Below are positions 39,087-52,017 of a DNA stretch of 64,000 bases, one piece after another. The notes below the pieces were generated by a model. It was not told where the DNA came from. It saw only the letters and a program-made list of their open reading frames with translations, and did not search any database. This DNA comes from an uncultured Nocardioides sp. GTDB lineage: Bacteria > Actinomycetota > Actinomycetes > Propionibacteriales > Nocardioidaceae. The stretch's first letter is position 1. Each line of letters begins with the position of its first letter. The DNA lies in assembly GCA_964396585.1 (NCBI GenBank), contig CAYNFY010000006.1:223-64222 (forward strand), written 5' to 3'. The translations under genes were made by a program, and so were the position numbers.

Positions 39087-39745
39087 CTCTGGTGCTTCGG
39101 CAACCGGGGAGGCTTGGGCTCACCGGGCATCTGCCGCCGGGAGATGTCGACGCCGCCCATCAGTGCCACCCCTCGGACGCGTACCACCGGAGAGTCCTCG
39201 GACAACGCGGGCAGCACCTTGTTGGTCAGGGTGGACCCACCCATGATGCCCACCACGTCATTGATCACGTGGGTGCCCGCGTTGACGAAGATCTCGACAC
39301 CGCCCATCACGGCATTGGCGGTGATCACCACCTCGCGGCTGGTGAAGACCGCCTCGCGCAGGTCTATCTGAATGCCGCCCATCAGCGTGAACGCGGTATA
39401 GGAGTCCCCCACCTCCCAGATGCCCTTGCGCTCGGCACCGCTCATCACCGCGAACGAAGAAGTATGCCGAGTGGCCACTCCCGGCCCCGGCAGCGGCGGG
39501 CGGGAGACTGTCATCGGCGTCGGGGGTGCCACGGGAGTCGGCAGGTTGCGGTCGCCGGGCAGGTCGGCCACGATCGGGACCAGGTCGGTATAGACCTTGG
39601 CCGCCCAGGCATCCTCGAGCCGCTGGTCGAGCTCGTCGAGGTCGAGTCGCCCGTCCCCCGCCGCCTGCCGCAGCACCTCGGCCACATGGTGTCGATCGGC
39701 GTCCGAGATCCGCAGGTCCCGAGGTCCTGGCTGTTGCTCGTCCAT
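39083..39745 (-). CDS. DUF1707 (SHOCT-like) plus LiaF-C-terminal-like domain protein
   Basis: LRISDADRHHVAEVLRQAAGDGRLDLDELDQRLEDAWAAKVYTDL (DUF1707). The C-terminal beta-repeat region has MGG(I/V)(Q/E)I motifs. ATG 39745. Confidence 0.75.
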   Translation of the reverse strand: MDEQQPGPRDLRISDADRHHVAEVLRQAAGDGRLDLDELDQRLEDAWAAKVYTDLVPIVADLPGDRNLPTPVAPPTPMTVSRPPLPGPGVATRHTSSFAVMSGAERKGIWEVGDSYTAFTLMGGIQIDLREAVFTSREVVITANAVMGGVEIFVNAGTHVINDVVGIMGGSTLTNKVLPALSEDSPVVRVRGVALMGGVDISRRQMPGEPKPPRLPKHQR

Positions 39746-39759
39746 GCTAGGCAACCCTA

Positions 39760-42070
<2,311 letters not shown>

Positions 42071-42098
42071 CCCGCCACCCGGCGTATCGTGAGCCCCC

Positions 42099-43808
<1,710 letters not shown>

Positions 43809-43833
43809 CCCCTCCCCTCGAGACCCGCTCCGC

Positions 43834-43885
43834 GGTAGCGTCATACGTTTCGTGGTCTATAGCCCACGAAACGTATGACGCTACC
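43834..43885. repeat. Perfect 22-bp-stem palindromic element (copy 1) after the fumarase gene
   Basis: GGTAGCGTCATACGTTTCGTGG-TCTATAGC-CCACGAAACGTATGACGCTACC. It may also act as a terminator. Confidence 0.8.
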
Positions 43886-43994
43886 GGGCGGTCTTGGCCC
43901 TCCACACCCCGTCAGGCGTCTGTGTGCTCCACAGATCTCCACCCTGTGCCCTCTCCGTCTTTCGGGGCACACGTCTACGACACACCGTGGGGCC

Positions 43995-44954
43995 ATGGAT
44001 CCTGCGAGTCAACGAGACGACCCGAAGTTCGCGCGCGTGCGCCGGCTCGGAAGCGCTCAAGGGGCCGTCGTGTCCAGACGGCAGCTGTACGCCCTGGGCG
44101 TCACCCGTTGGGAGGTTCGGGCACGGGTGCGCACCCAGGCCTGGACGACCATCGGCGACCAGTCGGTTCAGTTGCACTCCGGTCCCCGGCAGCCAGACGG
44201 CCTCCTGTGGGCCGCCGTCTTCCAAGCCGGTCCGCGCGCTCTCCTCGACGGCGACTCGGCCCTGGTCGCGGCCGGGCTCAAACGCTGGCAGATGGGCCGG
44301 ATTCGGGTGTCCGTTCCGCGCGGCGCCCGGGTCCGCCGGACCAGGGACTTCAACATCAGACAGACCCGCCGATGGGATCCTGACGACACCGTGGGCACCG
44401 GTCCACCTCGTACCCGGGTAGCTGTGGCAGCCGTCCGGGCAGGCCTGTGGGCCCGTTCGAACCGAGAGGCGAGCCTGGTGCTGACCATGGTCGTGCAACA
44501 GGGTCTGGCCCATCCAGCGGAGATTGCCGGGGAGCTGCTACGGATTCGCCGTGACAAGAGGCGTCTGCTGTTGCACGCCCTCGTCAACGATCTCCTGGAC
44601 GGGGCACGAGCACTGGGCGAATTGGACGTGATCCGTGAGCTGCGACGCCGCGGCATCCCGCGCCCTGATCAACAGGTGATGCGCAAGGACGGTAGTAGCC
44701 GCTATTTCCTGGACATGTGCTGGAAGGGATACGGCGTGGTCGTCGAGGTCGACGGGATCCACCATGCCTGGGCCGAGAACGTGGTCGGGGATGCGCTGCG
44801 ACAGAACTCCCTTGTCATGCAGGGCGCCGTCGTACTGCGACTGCCGCTGCTGGGCCTGCGGATCGCTCCTGACGAGTTCTTCCAGCAGATCCGCAACGCG
44901 CTTCTCGCCGGAGGCTGGTGTCCCTCCGAGCGCCATCCCAGTCAATCGAACTGA
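43995..44954 (+). CDS. DUF559 (Vsr-like endonuclease fold) domain protein
   Basis: The C-terminus VVVEVDGIHHAWAENVVGDALRQNSLVMQGAVVLRLP is the DUF559 signature. ATG 43995 (MDPASQRDD). Confidence 0.75.
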   Translation: MDPASQRDDPKFARVRRLGSAQGAVVSRRQLYALGVTRWEVRARVRTQAWTTIGDQSVQLHSGPRQPDGLLWAAVFQAGPRALLDGDSALVAAGLKRWQMGRIRVSVPRGARVRRTRDFNIRQTRRWDPDDTVGTGPPRTRVAVAAVRAGLWARSNREASLVLTMVVQQGLAHPAEIAGELLRIRRDKRRLLLHALVNDLLDGARALGELDVIRELRRRGIPRPDQQVMRKDGSSRYFLDMCWKGYGVVVEVDGIHHAWAENVVGDALRQNSLVMQGAVVLRLPLLGLRIAPDEFFQQIRNALLAGGWCPSERHPSQSN

Positions 44955-44955
44955 G

Positions 44956-44995
44956 GTCATACGTTTCGGGGGTCGGAGCCAACGATTCGTATGAC
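44956..44995. repeat. Degenerate second copy of the same palindromic element after the DUF559 gene
   Basis: GTCATACGTTTCG (44956-44968) ... CGATTCGTATGAC (44983-44995). It shares the 13-mer GTCATACGTTTCG with copy 1. Confidence 0.6.
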
Positions 44996-45032
44996 GTCCC
45001 GCGGATTTCGGGGGTGGTGGCAGGATCGAGGA

Positions 45033-46049
45033 GTGAGTTCGCGAAAGCTACCGGTTCCGCGTCCGCTGGGCGCATCGCCGGGTCCCTATCCGGACAGTCC
45101 GCAGTGGGCCGACGGGCACTTTCACAACCGGCTGCCCTCCTCACTGATCGAAGGGGGCTCCCGGGCCTCGCTGGCCCGGGACTTCGCCCGCAAGGGCCGC
45201 GTCGGCCGCCCGGCCAAGCCGATCCCTCTGGACTTCCCCGATCTGTCCGCCGCAGCGGACCTGGCCGCCACCTGGCTGGGCCATTCCACGGTGCTGATCG
45301 AGGTGGACGGGCTCCGGATCCTGGCCGACCCGGTGTGGAGCGAGCGCTGCTCCCCCAGCAGGCTGGTAGGACCCAAGCGGTTCCATCCGGTTCCTCTCGA
45401 ACTCTCCACACTCCCGGCGATCGACGCGGTGCTGATCAGCCACGACCACTACGACCACCTCGACATGCTCACCGTCGACTGGTTGACCCGGCACCGGGAC
45501 CCGGTCTTCGTGGTACCCCTGGGTATCGGGGCGCACCTGCGGCGTTGGGGCGTCTCCGGGAACCGGATCGTCGAGCTCGACTGGGATGACGAGCATCGGA
45601 TCGGCGAGGTCGGCCTCACCTGCACCGAGGCCCGCCACTTCTCCGGTCGTTCACTGATCAACGACACCACCCTGTGGGCCTCCTGGGTGATCACCGGCCC
45701 GTCCCAGCGGGTGTTCTTCGGGGGCGACACCGGGTTCACCCCGGCCTTCGAATCCATCGGCGCCCGGCACGGACCCTTCGATCTGCTGGTGCTGCCGATC
45801 GGCGCCTACGACCACCGCTGGCCCGACGTTCACCTGGACCCCGACGAGGCGCTGCGGGCCCGTGCCGAGCTGGGCGGTGGGGTCCTGCTGCCGGTCCACT
45901 GGGCCACCTTCGACCTGGCCTTCCACCCCTGGGCCGAGCCGATCGAGCGTCTACTCGACGCCTCCGGCGGGGAGCAGCTGCTCACGCCCCGGCCCGGTGA
46001 ACGCTGGGTGCCGGGAACGCCGAACCCCGTCAGCACCTGGTGGCGCTGA
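45033..46049 (+). CDS. MBL-fold metallo-hydrolase (NAPE-PLD-like)
   Basis: LISHDHYDHLD (HxHxDH). GTG 45033 follows GAGGAG. Confidence 0.85.
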   Translation: MSSRKLPVPRPLGASPGPYPDSPQWADGHFHNRLPSSLIEGGSRASLARDFARKGRVGRPAKPIPLDFPDLSAAADLAATWLGHSTVLIEVDGLRILADPVWSERCSPSRLVGPKRFHPVPLELSTLPAIDAVLISHDHYDHLDMLTVDWLTRHRDPVFVVPLGIGAHLRRWGVSGNRIVELDWDDEHRIGEVGLTCTEARHFSGRSLINDTTLWASWVITGPSQRVFFGGDTGFTPAFESIGARHGPFDLLVLPIGAYDHRWPDVHLDPDEALRARAELGGGVLLPVHWATFDLAFHPWAEPIERLLDASGGEQLLTPRPGERWVPGTPNPVSTWWR

Positions 46050-46072
46050 CGGGGTTCGAATCTCTACTCAGG

Positions 46073-46621
46073 TCAGCCGCGGATCTTGCCGGTGAGCGCG
46101 ATCAGCACGTCGAGCAGTCCCTTGAGCTCACCCTGGCGGCGCTCGTCGGGGGCGAACCCGGTGGCCCCGAAATCGGTGAACAGACTGAGCGAGAGCTGCG
46201 GACGCACCGCGTACAGGTGGCTGTTGGCCACGATGGTGCGCCAGTGCTCGACCGCCCGGATGCCGCTGTCGGCCCCGTAGCCCACGAAGGCCACCGTCTT
46301 GTCGCTCCACTCCGGGCTGATCACATCGAAGGCGTTCTTCATCGCGGCCGGGACCGAGTGGTTGTACTCGGGGGTGACGAAGACGAACCCGTCGAGCTCG
46401 TCGATCTTCTGGCTCCAGCGAGTGGTGTTCGGGTTCTCGTAGTTGCGGTTGGCCGCGCCCGGAACGGTGGCTTCACCGAGCAGGCTCAGGTCGTAGTCCG
46501 CGATCTCGATGATCTCGAAGTCGGCACCGCTGTGCTGCTTCGCCTCCTCGAGGACCCATTCGCCGATTCCGGAGCCGAGACGTCCGGGACGGGTGCTGCC
46601 AACGATGATGCCGATCTTCAC
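46073..46621 (-). CDS. NAD(P)H-dependent FMN reductase family oxidoreductase
   Basis: MKIGIIVGSTRPGRLG, FVFVTPEYNHSVPAAMKNAFD. Confidence 0.88.
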   Translation of the reverse strand: MKIGIIVGSTRPGRLGSGIGEWVLEEAKQHSGADFEIIEIADYDLSLLGEATVPGAANRNYENPNTTRWSQKIDELDGFVFVTPEYNHSVPAAMKNAFDVISPEWSDKTVAFVGYGADSGIRAVEHWRTIVANSHLYAVRPQLSLSLFTDFGATGFAPDERRQGELKGLLDVLIALTGKIRG

Positions 46622-46830
46622 TACTACTCCTGGTGGTCGGGTCCTTGGTCGGACCAGATGGTCCGTTGCGCGCTCCGCAGCGCACCGGGCGAGTCACACG
46701 ACACGGCCGATGGTGCAAAGTTGCATCACTGAGCCCAACGGCCCGATCCGATCCCTCATTCCGAGATCCGCCGGATGTGAGCGGCATCACGCGACCGCCC
46801 GACGATCGACAACCGCGCTAGCGTGAGGTC

Positions 46831-48213
46831 ATGAGCGACTTCCGGATCGAGCACGACTCCATGGGCAAGGTCGAGGTCCCCGCCGACGCACTGTGGCGAG
46901 CGCAGACCCAGCGGGCGATCGAGAACTTCCCGATCAGCGGCACCCGCCTGGAGCGGCGTCATATCCAGGCGCTCGCGCTGGTGAAGAAGGCCGCCGCCAC
47001 GATCAATGCCGAGCTCGGGGTGATCACCCGTGAACAGGCCGACGCGATCAGCGATGCGGCCACGGCGGTGGCCGAGGGCGCGCACGACGATGCCTTCCCG
47101 CTCGATGTGTTCCAGACCGGCTCGGGTACCAGCTCCAATATGAACACCAACGAGGTCCTGGCCACTCTGGCCGAACGGGCCGGGGTGACCCTCCACCCCA
47201 ACGATCAGGTCAACGCCTCCCAGTCGAGCAACGACACCTTCCCGACCGCCATCCACGTCGCGGCCACGATGGCCATCAGTCATGACCTGACTCCGGCGCT
47301 GGAGGTACTGGCCACCTCCCTGGAGGCCAAGGCCGAGGAGTTCGCCGACCACGTCAAGTCCGGACGCACCCACCTGATGGACGCCACTCCGGTGACTCTG
47401 GGCCAGGAGTTCGGCGGCTATGCCGCAACCATCCGGCTGGCGGGTGAACGCCTCGCCTCGGTCCTGCCCCGGGTCCGGGAGCTCCCCCTCGGCGGCACCG
47501 CGGTCGGAACCGGGATCAACACCCCACCGGCCTTCTCGGCCCGGGTGATCGAGGCGCTGGCCGAAGAAACCGGCGAGCCGTTCACCGAGGCCCGCAACCA
47601 CTTCGAGGCTCAGGGCACCCGAGACTCCCTCGTCGAACTCTCAGGAGTCCTGCGGACCCTGGCGGTCGGCCTCACGAAAATCTGCAACGATCTGCGCTGG
47701 ATGTCCTCGGGGCCCACCACGGGGCTCGCCGAGATCCACCTGCCAGACCTGCAGCCCGGCTCCAGCATCATGCCCGGCAAGGTGAATCCGGTGGTCCCCG
47801 AGGCGGTACTGATGGTCTGTGCTCAGGTGGTCGGCAACGATGCCACGGTGGCCTGGGGCGGCGCTGCCGGAAACTTCGAGCTCAACGTGATGATGCCGGT
47901 CATGGCCCGCAATGTGCTGGAGTCGATCAGGATCCTGTCGAACTCGATGCGACTGCTCGCCACCCGGACGGTGGACGGCATCGTCGCCGACTCGGTGAGG
48001 ATGCGCGCCTATGCCGAATCGTCCCCGTCGGTGGTGACGCCGCTGAACAAGCACCTGGGTTACGAGGCGGCCGCCCGGATCGCCGGGAAGGCGATGGCGG
48101 ACGGCACGACCATCCGCGACACCGTACTGGCCCTGGGATACGTCGAAAGGGGCGAGATCTCCGGTGCGGAGTTGGATCGGGCACTGGACGTGACCAGCAT
48201 GACCCATCCCTGA
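46831..48213 (+). CDS. fumC: Class II fumarate hydratase
   Basis: [48 protein letters not shown] (lyase_1 signature). Confidence 0.95.
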   Translation: MSDFRIEHDSMGKVEVPADALWRAQTQRAIENFPISGTRLERRHIQALALVKKAAATINAELGVITREQADAISDAATAVAEGAHDDAFPLDVFQTGSGTSSNMNTNEVLATLAERAGVTLHPNDQVNASQSSNDTFPTAIHVAATMAISHDLTPALEVLATSLEAKAEEFADHVKSGRTHLMDATPVTLGQEFGGYAATIRLAGERLASVLPRVRELPLGGTAVGTGINTPPAFSARVIEALAEETGEPFTEARNHFEAQGTRDSLVELSGVLRTLAVGLTKICNDLRWMSSGPTTGLAEIHLPDLQPGSSIMPGKVNPVVPEAVLMVCAQVVGNDATVAWGGAAGNFELNVMMPVMARNVLESIRILSNSMRLLATRTVDGIVADSVRMRAYAESSPSVVTPLNKHLGYEAAARIAGKAMADGTTIRDTVLALGYVERGEISGAELDRALDVTSMTHP

Positions 48214-48297
48214 CCGCTCAGCGAACGCTCTCCACACCAGGTAACTCAATTCAGGACTAAAGTTTGACTCAAGTCCAAGTTTCTCTCACACTCGATC

Positions 48298-48313
48298 TGT
48301 GATGCCCATCACA
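48298..48313. promoter_or_regulatory. Perfect CRP/GlxR-type box TGTGA-N6-TCACA upstream of the SurE-like gene
   Basis: TGTGATGCCCATCACA, 17 nt upstream of ATG 48330. It is preceded by TTGACT-N17-CACACT, a possible promoter. Confidence 0.45.
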
Positions 48314-48329
48314 CATCAAGGGAGATGAG

Positions 48330-49544
48330 ATGAAGACCACCCACGTCCGGGTCGTGGCCCTGTCCGCCACGCTGGCTTTAGCCGCCGCACTGACCCTGCC
48401 GGCCATGAACGCCACCAGCACTGCCGCACCCGCGCCCGGGTCGGTCGGCACACTGCCGACCAACCGACCTCTGAACATCCTGCTCAGCGACGACGACGGG
48501 TGGAACGCCCTCGGGATCACCGCCGTCTACGACAAACTCACCGCAGCCGGACACCACGTCACCATCTCGGCACCGGCCACCGATCAGAGCGGGGTGAGCG
48601 CCAAGGTGTCCTTCTACGGCAACCTGAGCGTCATCGAGCAAGAGCCGAACAAGTACTCGGTAAGCGACAGCCCGGTCACCAGCACCATCTACGGCATGGA
48701 GGAGCTCTTCATCAAGCAGAAGGGCTACCAGCCGGATCTGGTCGTCTCGGGCACCAACGTGGGCGCCAACACCGGCTTCGACACGAACTTCTCGGGCACC
48801 GTCGGCAACGCCACCGTCGCCTCGGGTATGTACGGGGTGCCGGCGATCGCGATCAGCACGGACTACACCTACCCGGACAAGAACACCGGTGCCTACGACG
48901 AGACCGCCGACCTGCTGGTCGACATGATCGATCAGGGAATCCCGAAGCTGTCCCGCGGCGAGTTCCTCAACGTCAACTACCCGATCTTGAGCGGCACCCT
49001 GACCAAGCCCAAGGGCATCAGGTACGCCAGCAACTCCCCCGCCTCGGCCGCGGCGTTCTCCTTCACCCAGGTCGCCGGCAACGACTGGACCATCGTCCCG
49101 GCCCGCGGCACCGAGGTCTCGCCCGCCGGCTCCGACATCGCACTGCTCGGCCAGGGCTATGTCACCATCGGCGTACTGAAAGCCGACCGCTCCGTGCCGA
49201 CGACCGAGGTGCCCGGGGTCTCCTCACTGATCCGGCGACTCACCGGCCAACCCGAACCGAGCACGCCGAAGCCTCCGGTCGTGAAGCCCACCGTCGAGAA
49301 GCTGCCCAAGAAGGTGCTGGCCAAGACCTCGCAGTGGCTCAAGGCGACCGGCACCGCCGGCACCGCGGTGCGGGTCACCTGGAAGCCGACCGGCAAGAAG
49401 GCCAAGAGACTGAAGACCGTCAAGGTCGGCTCCTCGGTGGCGGGCGGCGTGATCAGGTTCAAGGCTCCCCGCAAGGGCACTTACCAGGTGACTGTGACAA
49501 GCGGTGCCACCAAGCTGCGCGCGGGCAAGGTCCGGGTGCTCTGA
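48330..49544 (+). CDS. Secreted SurE-family 5'/3'-nucleotidase with a C-terminal extension
   Basis: Signal peptide MKTTHVRVVALSATLALAAALTLPAMNA. SurE N-terminal motif ILLSDDDGWNALGI and GTNVGANTG. A Pro/Lys linker PEPSTPKPPVVKP is followed by a ~90-aa beta-rich tail. Confidence 0.8.
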   Translation: MKTTHVRVVALSATLALAAALTLPAMNATSTAAPAPGSVGTLPTNRPLNILLSDDDGWNALGITAVYDKLTAAGHHVTISAPATDQSGVSAKVSFYGNLSVIEQEPNKYSVSDSPVTSTIYGMEELFIKQKGYQPDLVVSGTNVGANTGFDTNFSGTVGNATVASGMYGVPAIAISTDYTYPDKNTGAYDETADLLVDMIDQGIPKLSRGEFLNVNYPILSGTLTKPKGIRYASNSPASAAAFSFTQVAGNDWTIVPARGTEVSPAGSDIALLGQGYVTIGVLKADRSVPTTEVPGVSSLIRRLTGQPEPSTPKPPVVKPTVEKLPKKVLAKTSQWLKATGTAGTAVRVTWKPTGKKAKRLKTVKVGSSVAGGVIRFKAPRKGTYQVTVTSGATKLRAGKVRVL

Positions 49545-49554
49545 ACTGAGAGAG

Positions 49555-49596
49555 ACCGGCCCCGGTCCTCCCCGTAGCGGGAGGCCCGGGGCCGGT
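49555..49596. terminator. Bidirectional stem-loop between convergent genes
   Basis: ACCGGCCCCGG(T)CCTCCC ... GGGAGG(C)CCGGGGCCGGT, about 17 bp with one mismatch. Confidence 0.55.
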
Positions 49597-49620
49597 ATCT
49601 GATTCGTCTGCGGTGCGGAG

Positions 49621-51126
49621 TCACTCTCCCAGATGGCCGCTGAGCCGGTCGTGCCGCAGCGCGCTGGCCGCGTCCAGCCCGACCACCTCGACCGTGATGC
49701 CGTGTCGGGCGTACTTGGTCACCACGGAGTCGAGTGCAGCCACCGAGGAGGCGTCCCACACACGAGCCTCACCCAGGTCGATGACCACGCGGTCCGGGTC
49801 ACCTGCGTAGTCGAACTGGGTGAACAGGTCGTTGCTAGAGGCGAAGAAGAGCTCTCCGGTGACCCGGTAGCGGGCCGTGACGATCCCCGATGCGTCGGTC
49901 AGCAGGGTCCGCTCCGTGCGGGTCAGGTGGGCGACCCGACGCGCGAAGAGGGTCATCGCGCTGAGCACCCCCAGTACCACTCCGATCGCCAGGTTGTGGG
50001 TCAGCACGGTGCCGAGCACGGTCACGACCATCACGGCGGTCTCCGAGCGTGGCATCCGGCGCAGCGTCGAGGGCCGTACCGAGTGCCAGTCGAACGCTGC
50101 CACCGAGACCATGATCATCACCGAGACCAGGGCCGCCATCGGGATAGCGCCGACCTGATCGCCCAGACCCACCACCAGCACCAGCAGGAACACTCCGGCC
50201 AGGAACGTGGAGAGCCGGGTCCGGGCGCCGGACACCTTGACGTTCATCATCGTCTGGCCGATCACGGCACATCCGCCCATCCCGCCGAAGGCGCCGGTGA
50301 GCACGTTGGTGAGGCCCTGCCCCCAGGCCTCCCGGGTCTTGGACGAGCGGGTGTCGGTGATGTCGTCGACGAGCTTGGCCGTGAGCAGTGACTCCAGCAG
50401 CCCGACCAGTGCCATGGCCAGCGCGTAGGGCGCGATCACCTGCAGGGCGTGCCACTCGAGTGGGACATCGGGCAGGAAGGGGGTAGGCAGCGAGTCCGGC
50501 AGCGCGCCCTGGTCACCGACATCGGGGACGTCGACACCTGCCAGCAGGGTGAAACCGGTGAGCAGTACCACGGCGACCAGTGGAGCGGGGACGGCGTCGG
50601 TGAGTCGGGGCCACCACCAGATCACCATCGTCCCGACCAGGGTCAGCGGGTAGACCTGCCAGGGCACATCGACCAGGTTCGTGAACTGGGACTCCAGCAC
50701 CAGCAGTGCCAGCGCGTTGACGAACCCGATCATCACCGAGCGTGGGATGAAGCGCATCAGCCGAGCCACCCCCAACAGCGCCAGCAGCACCTGGAAGAGG
50801 CCGCCGAGCAGCACCGTGGCGACCAGGTAGTCGTAGCCGTGATCCCGCATCAGGGGAGCCAGCACCAGACCGACCGCACCGGTAGCGGCCGAGATCATCG
50901 CCGGCCGACCACCGAGGAACGAGATGCCCACCGCCATCGTGAAGGAGGTGAACAGGCCGACGCGCGGGTCGACCCCGACGATCACCGAGAAGGCGATCGC
51001 CTCGGGGATCAGCGCCAGCGCCACCACCAGGGCTGCCAGCACCTCGGTTCGGAGCTGGCGCGGGCGGCGCCACAGCGAGCGCAGACTCAGCGCCGGTTCG
51101 GCGGCGACGTAGGCAGGGACGGACAC
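49621..51126 (-). CDS. SulP-family anion transporter with a C-terminal STAS domain
   Basis: 501-aa polytopic protein. ALIPEAIAFS and GAFGGMGGCAVIGQT. The STAS tail is VIDLGEARVWDASSVAALD. Confidence 0.92.
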   Translation of the reverse strand: MSVPAYVAAEPALSLRSLWRRPRQLRTEVLAALVVALALIPEAIAFSVIVGVDPRVGLFTSFTMAVGISFLGGRPAMISAATGAVGLVLAPLMRDHGYDYLVATVLLGGLFQVLLALLGVARLMRFIPRSVMIGFVNALALLVLESQFTNLVDVPWQVYPLTLVGTMVIWWWPRLTDAVPAPLVAVVLLTGFTLLAGVDVPDVGDQGALPDSLPTPFLPDVPLEWHALQVIAPYALAMALVGLLESLLTAKLVDDITDTRSSKTREAWGQGLTNVLTGAFGGMGGCAVIGQTMMNVKVSGARTRLSTFLAGVFLLVLVVGLGDQVGAIPMAALVSVMIMVSVAAFDWHSVRPSTLRRMPRSETAVMVVTVLGTVLTHNLAIGVVLGVLSAMTLFARRVAHLTRTERTLLTDASGIVTARYRVTGELFFASSNDLFTQFDYAGDPDRVVIDLGEARVWDASSVAALDSVVTKYARHGITVEVVGLDAASALRHDRLSGHLGE

Positions 51127-51184
51127 AGTAGATCAGTCTCGCACCCGGTCGAGACGACCGGCGAACCCAGTCGGATCCAGGCGC

Positions 51185-51856
51185 TCAGTACCAGCCGTGG
51201 CCCTGCTTGAATCCCCAGGCACTGCAGGGCGTCCCGTAGCGGTTGGCGATGTATTCCAGCCCCCAGCGGATCTGGACCTCGGCCGAGGTCATGTACCCCT
51301 CGGGCATGTCGTGGGTCGCGGTCAGGGCCTGCGGGATCCCGTAGGCGGACGAGCTCGGGTTGTCGGCATCGACCCGCCAGCCGCTCTCGCCGGTATAGAG
51401 CGGGTCGAGGCAGCTGAACTCGCTGGAACTGAAGCCGTACTCGGGCAGCAGCGCCTTGGCGATGTCACGCGGATCTGCCGTATCCAGGTTCTCCTCGCGC
51501 GCGGTCGCGGGGCCGGTGTCACCGGAGAGGAGCGAGGCCTTGGCCGGGTCTGTTGCGGCCCGACGATCGCTGCGGGAGACCACGACCCGGGCGGCTGCGG
51601 CCTTGGCCACGGCGCGCGTCTGCGCCTGGTCGACCGTATGCCCGCTCTGACCACCCGCGGTCAGGTTCGCCGTGGTGGCCCCCGAGGATCCCGCCACGAC
51701 GCCGCCGGCCACGCTGACTCCGGTGACGCCGACCGCGGCCACTCCGGAGACCAGCACGGTGCCGCCGATCAGCCGGCGTGGCGCGCGAGAGGACGGTCGG
51801 GGTGAGGCATGTCGGGGGGTGTACTTCTTGTGCTTGGACACAGAGTGGATCCGCAA
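51185..51856 (-). CDS. Secreted transglycosylase-like (SLT/APF C-terminal type) cell-wall protein
   Basis: TM/signal segment, low-complexity linker, then the C-terminus YTGESGWRVDADNPSSSAYGIPQAL ... IRWGLEYIANRYGTPCSAWGFKQGHGWY. The start is uncertain (TTG 51856 or an internal GTG). Confidence 0.7.
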   Translation of the reverse strand: MRIHSVSKHKKYTPRHASPRPSSRAPRRLIGGTVLVSGVAAVGVTGVSVAGGVVAGSSGATTANLTAGGQSGHTVDQAQTRAVAKAAAARVVVSRSDRRAATDPAKASLLSGDTGPATAREENLDTADPRDIAKALLPEYGFSSSEFSCLDPLYTGESGWRVDADNPSSSAYGIPQALTATHDMPEGYMTSAEVQIRWGLEYIANRYGTPCSAWGFKQGHGWY

Positions 51857-51859
51857 TTT

Positions 51860-51990
51860 CTGGTCGGGCGAACGGGGGTGGGCCAGCTGACTCGGACTCA
51901 GCCACCTTGCCTGCTGGATGGACTCAGGACAAACCGAACACCCGAATTGGTAGGGGAAATCTCAGCGTTCGCTCCCCTTGAGGCCCACCA
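51860..51990 (-). promoter_or_regulatory. Candidate ydaO/yuaA-type (c-di-AMP) riboswitch in the transglycosylase leader
   Basis: Minus-sense leader contains GAACGCUGAGAU, UUCGGGUGUUCGG and GAGUCCGAGUCAGCUGGCCCAC. By eye these resemble the ydaO motifs CGCUUAAUC, GGGGUGAAUC and CCGA.CAGCUAACCUCG. Not verified with a covariance model. Confidence 0.35.
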
Positions 51991-52017
51991 GCCACATCCG
52001 TCACAGGTGGCAGGCCT

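Noticed and set aside
46040-46072. GGGGTTCGAATCTC resembling a tRNA T-arm (possible tRNA fragment / att remnant).
   Set aside because: The flanking bases cannot form a T-stem (GGGGT vs TCTAC), and no acceptor stem or CCA context is present. It lies in a 23-nt convergent spacer.
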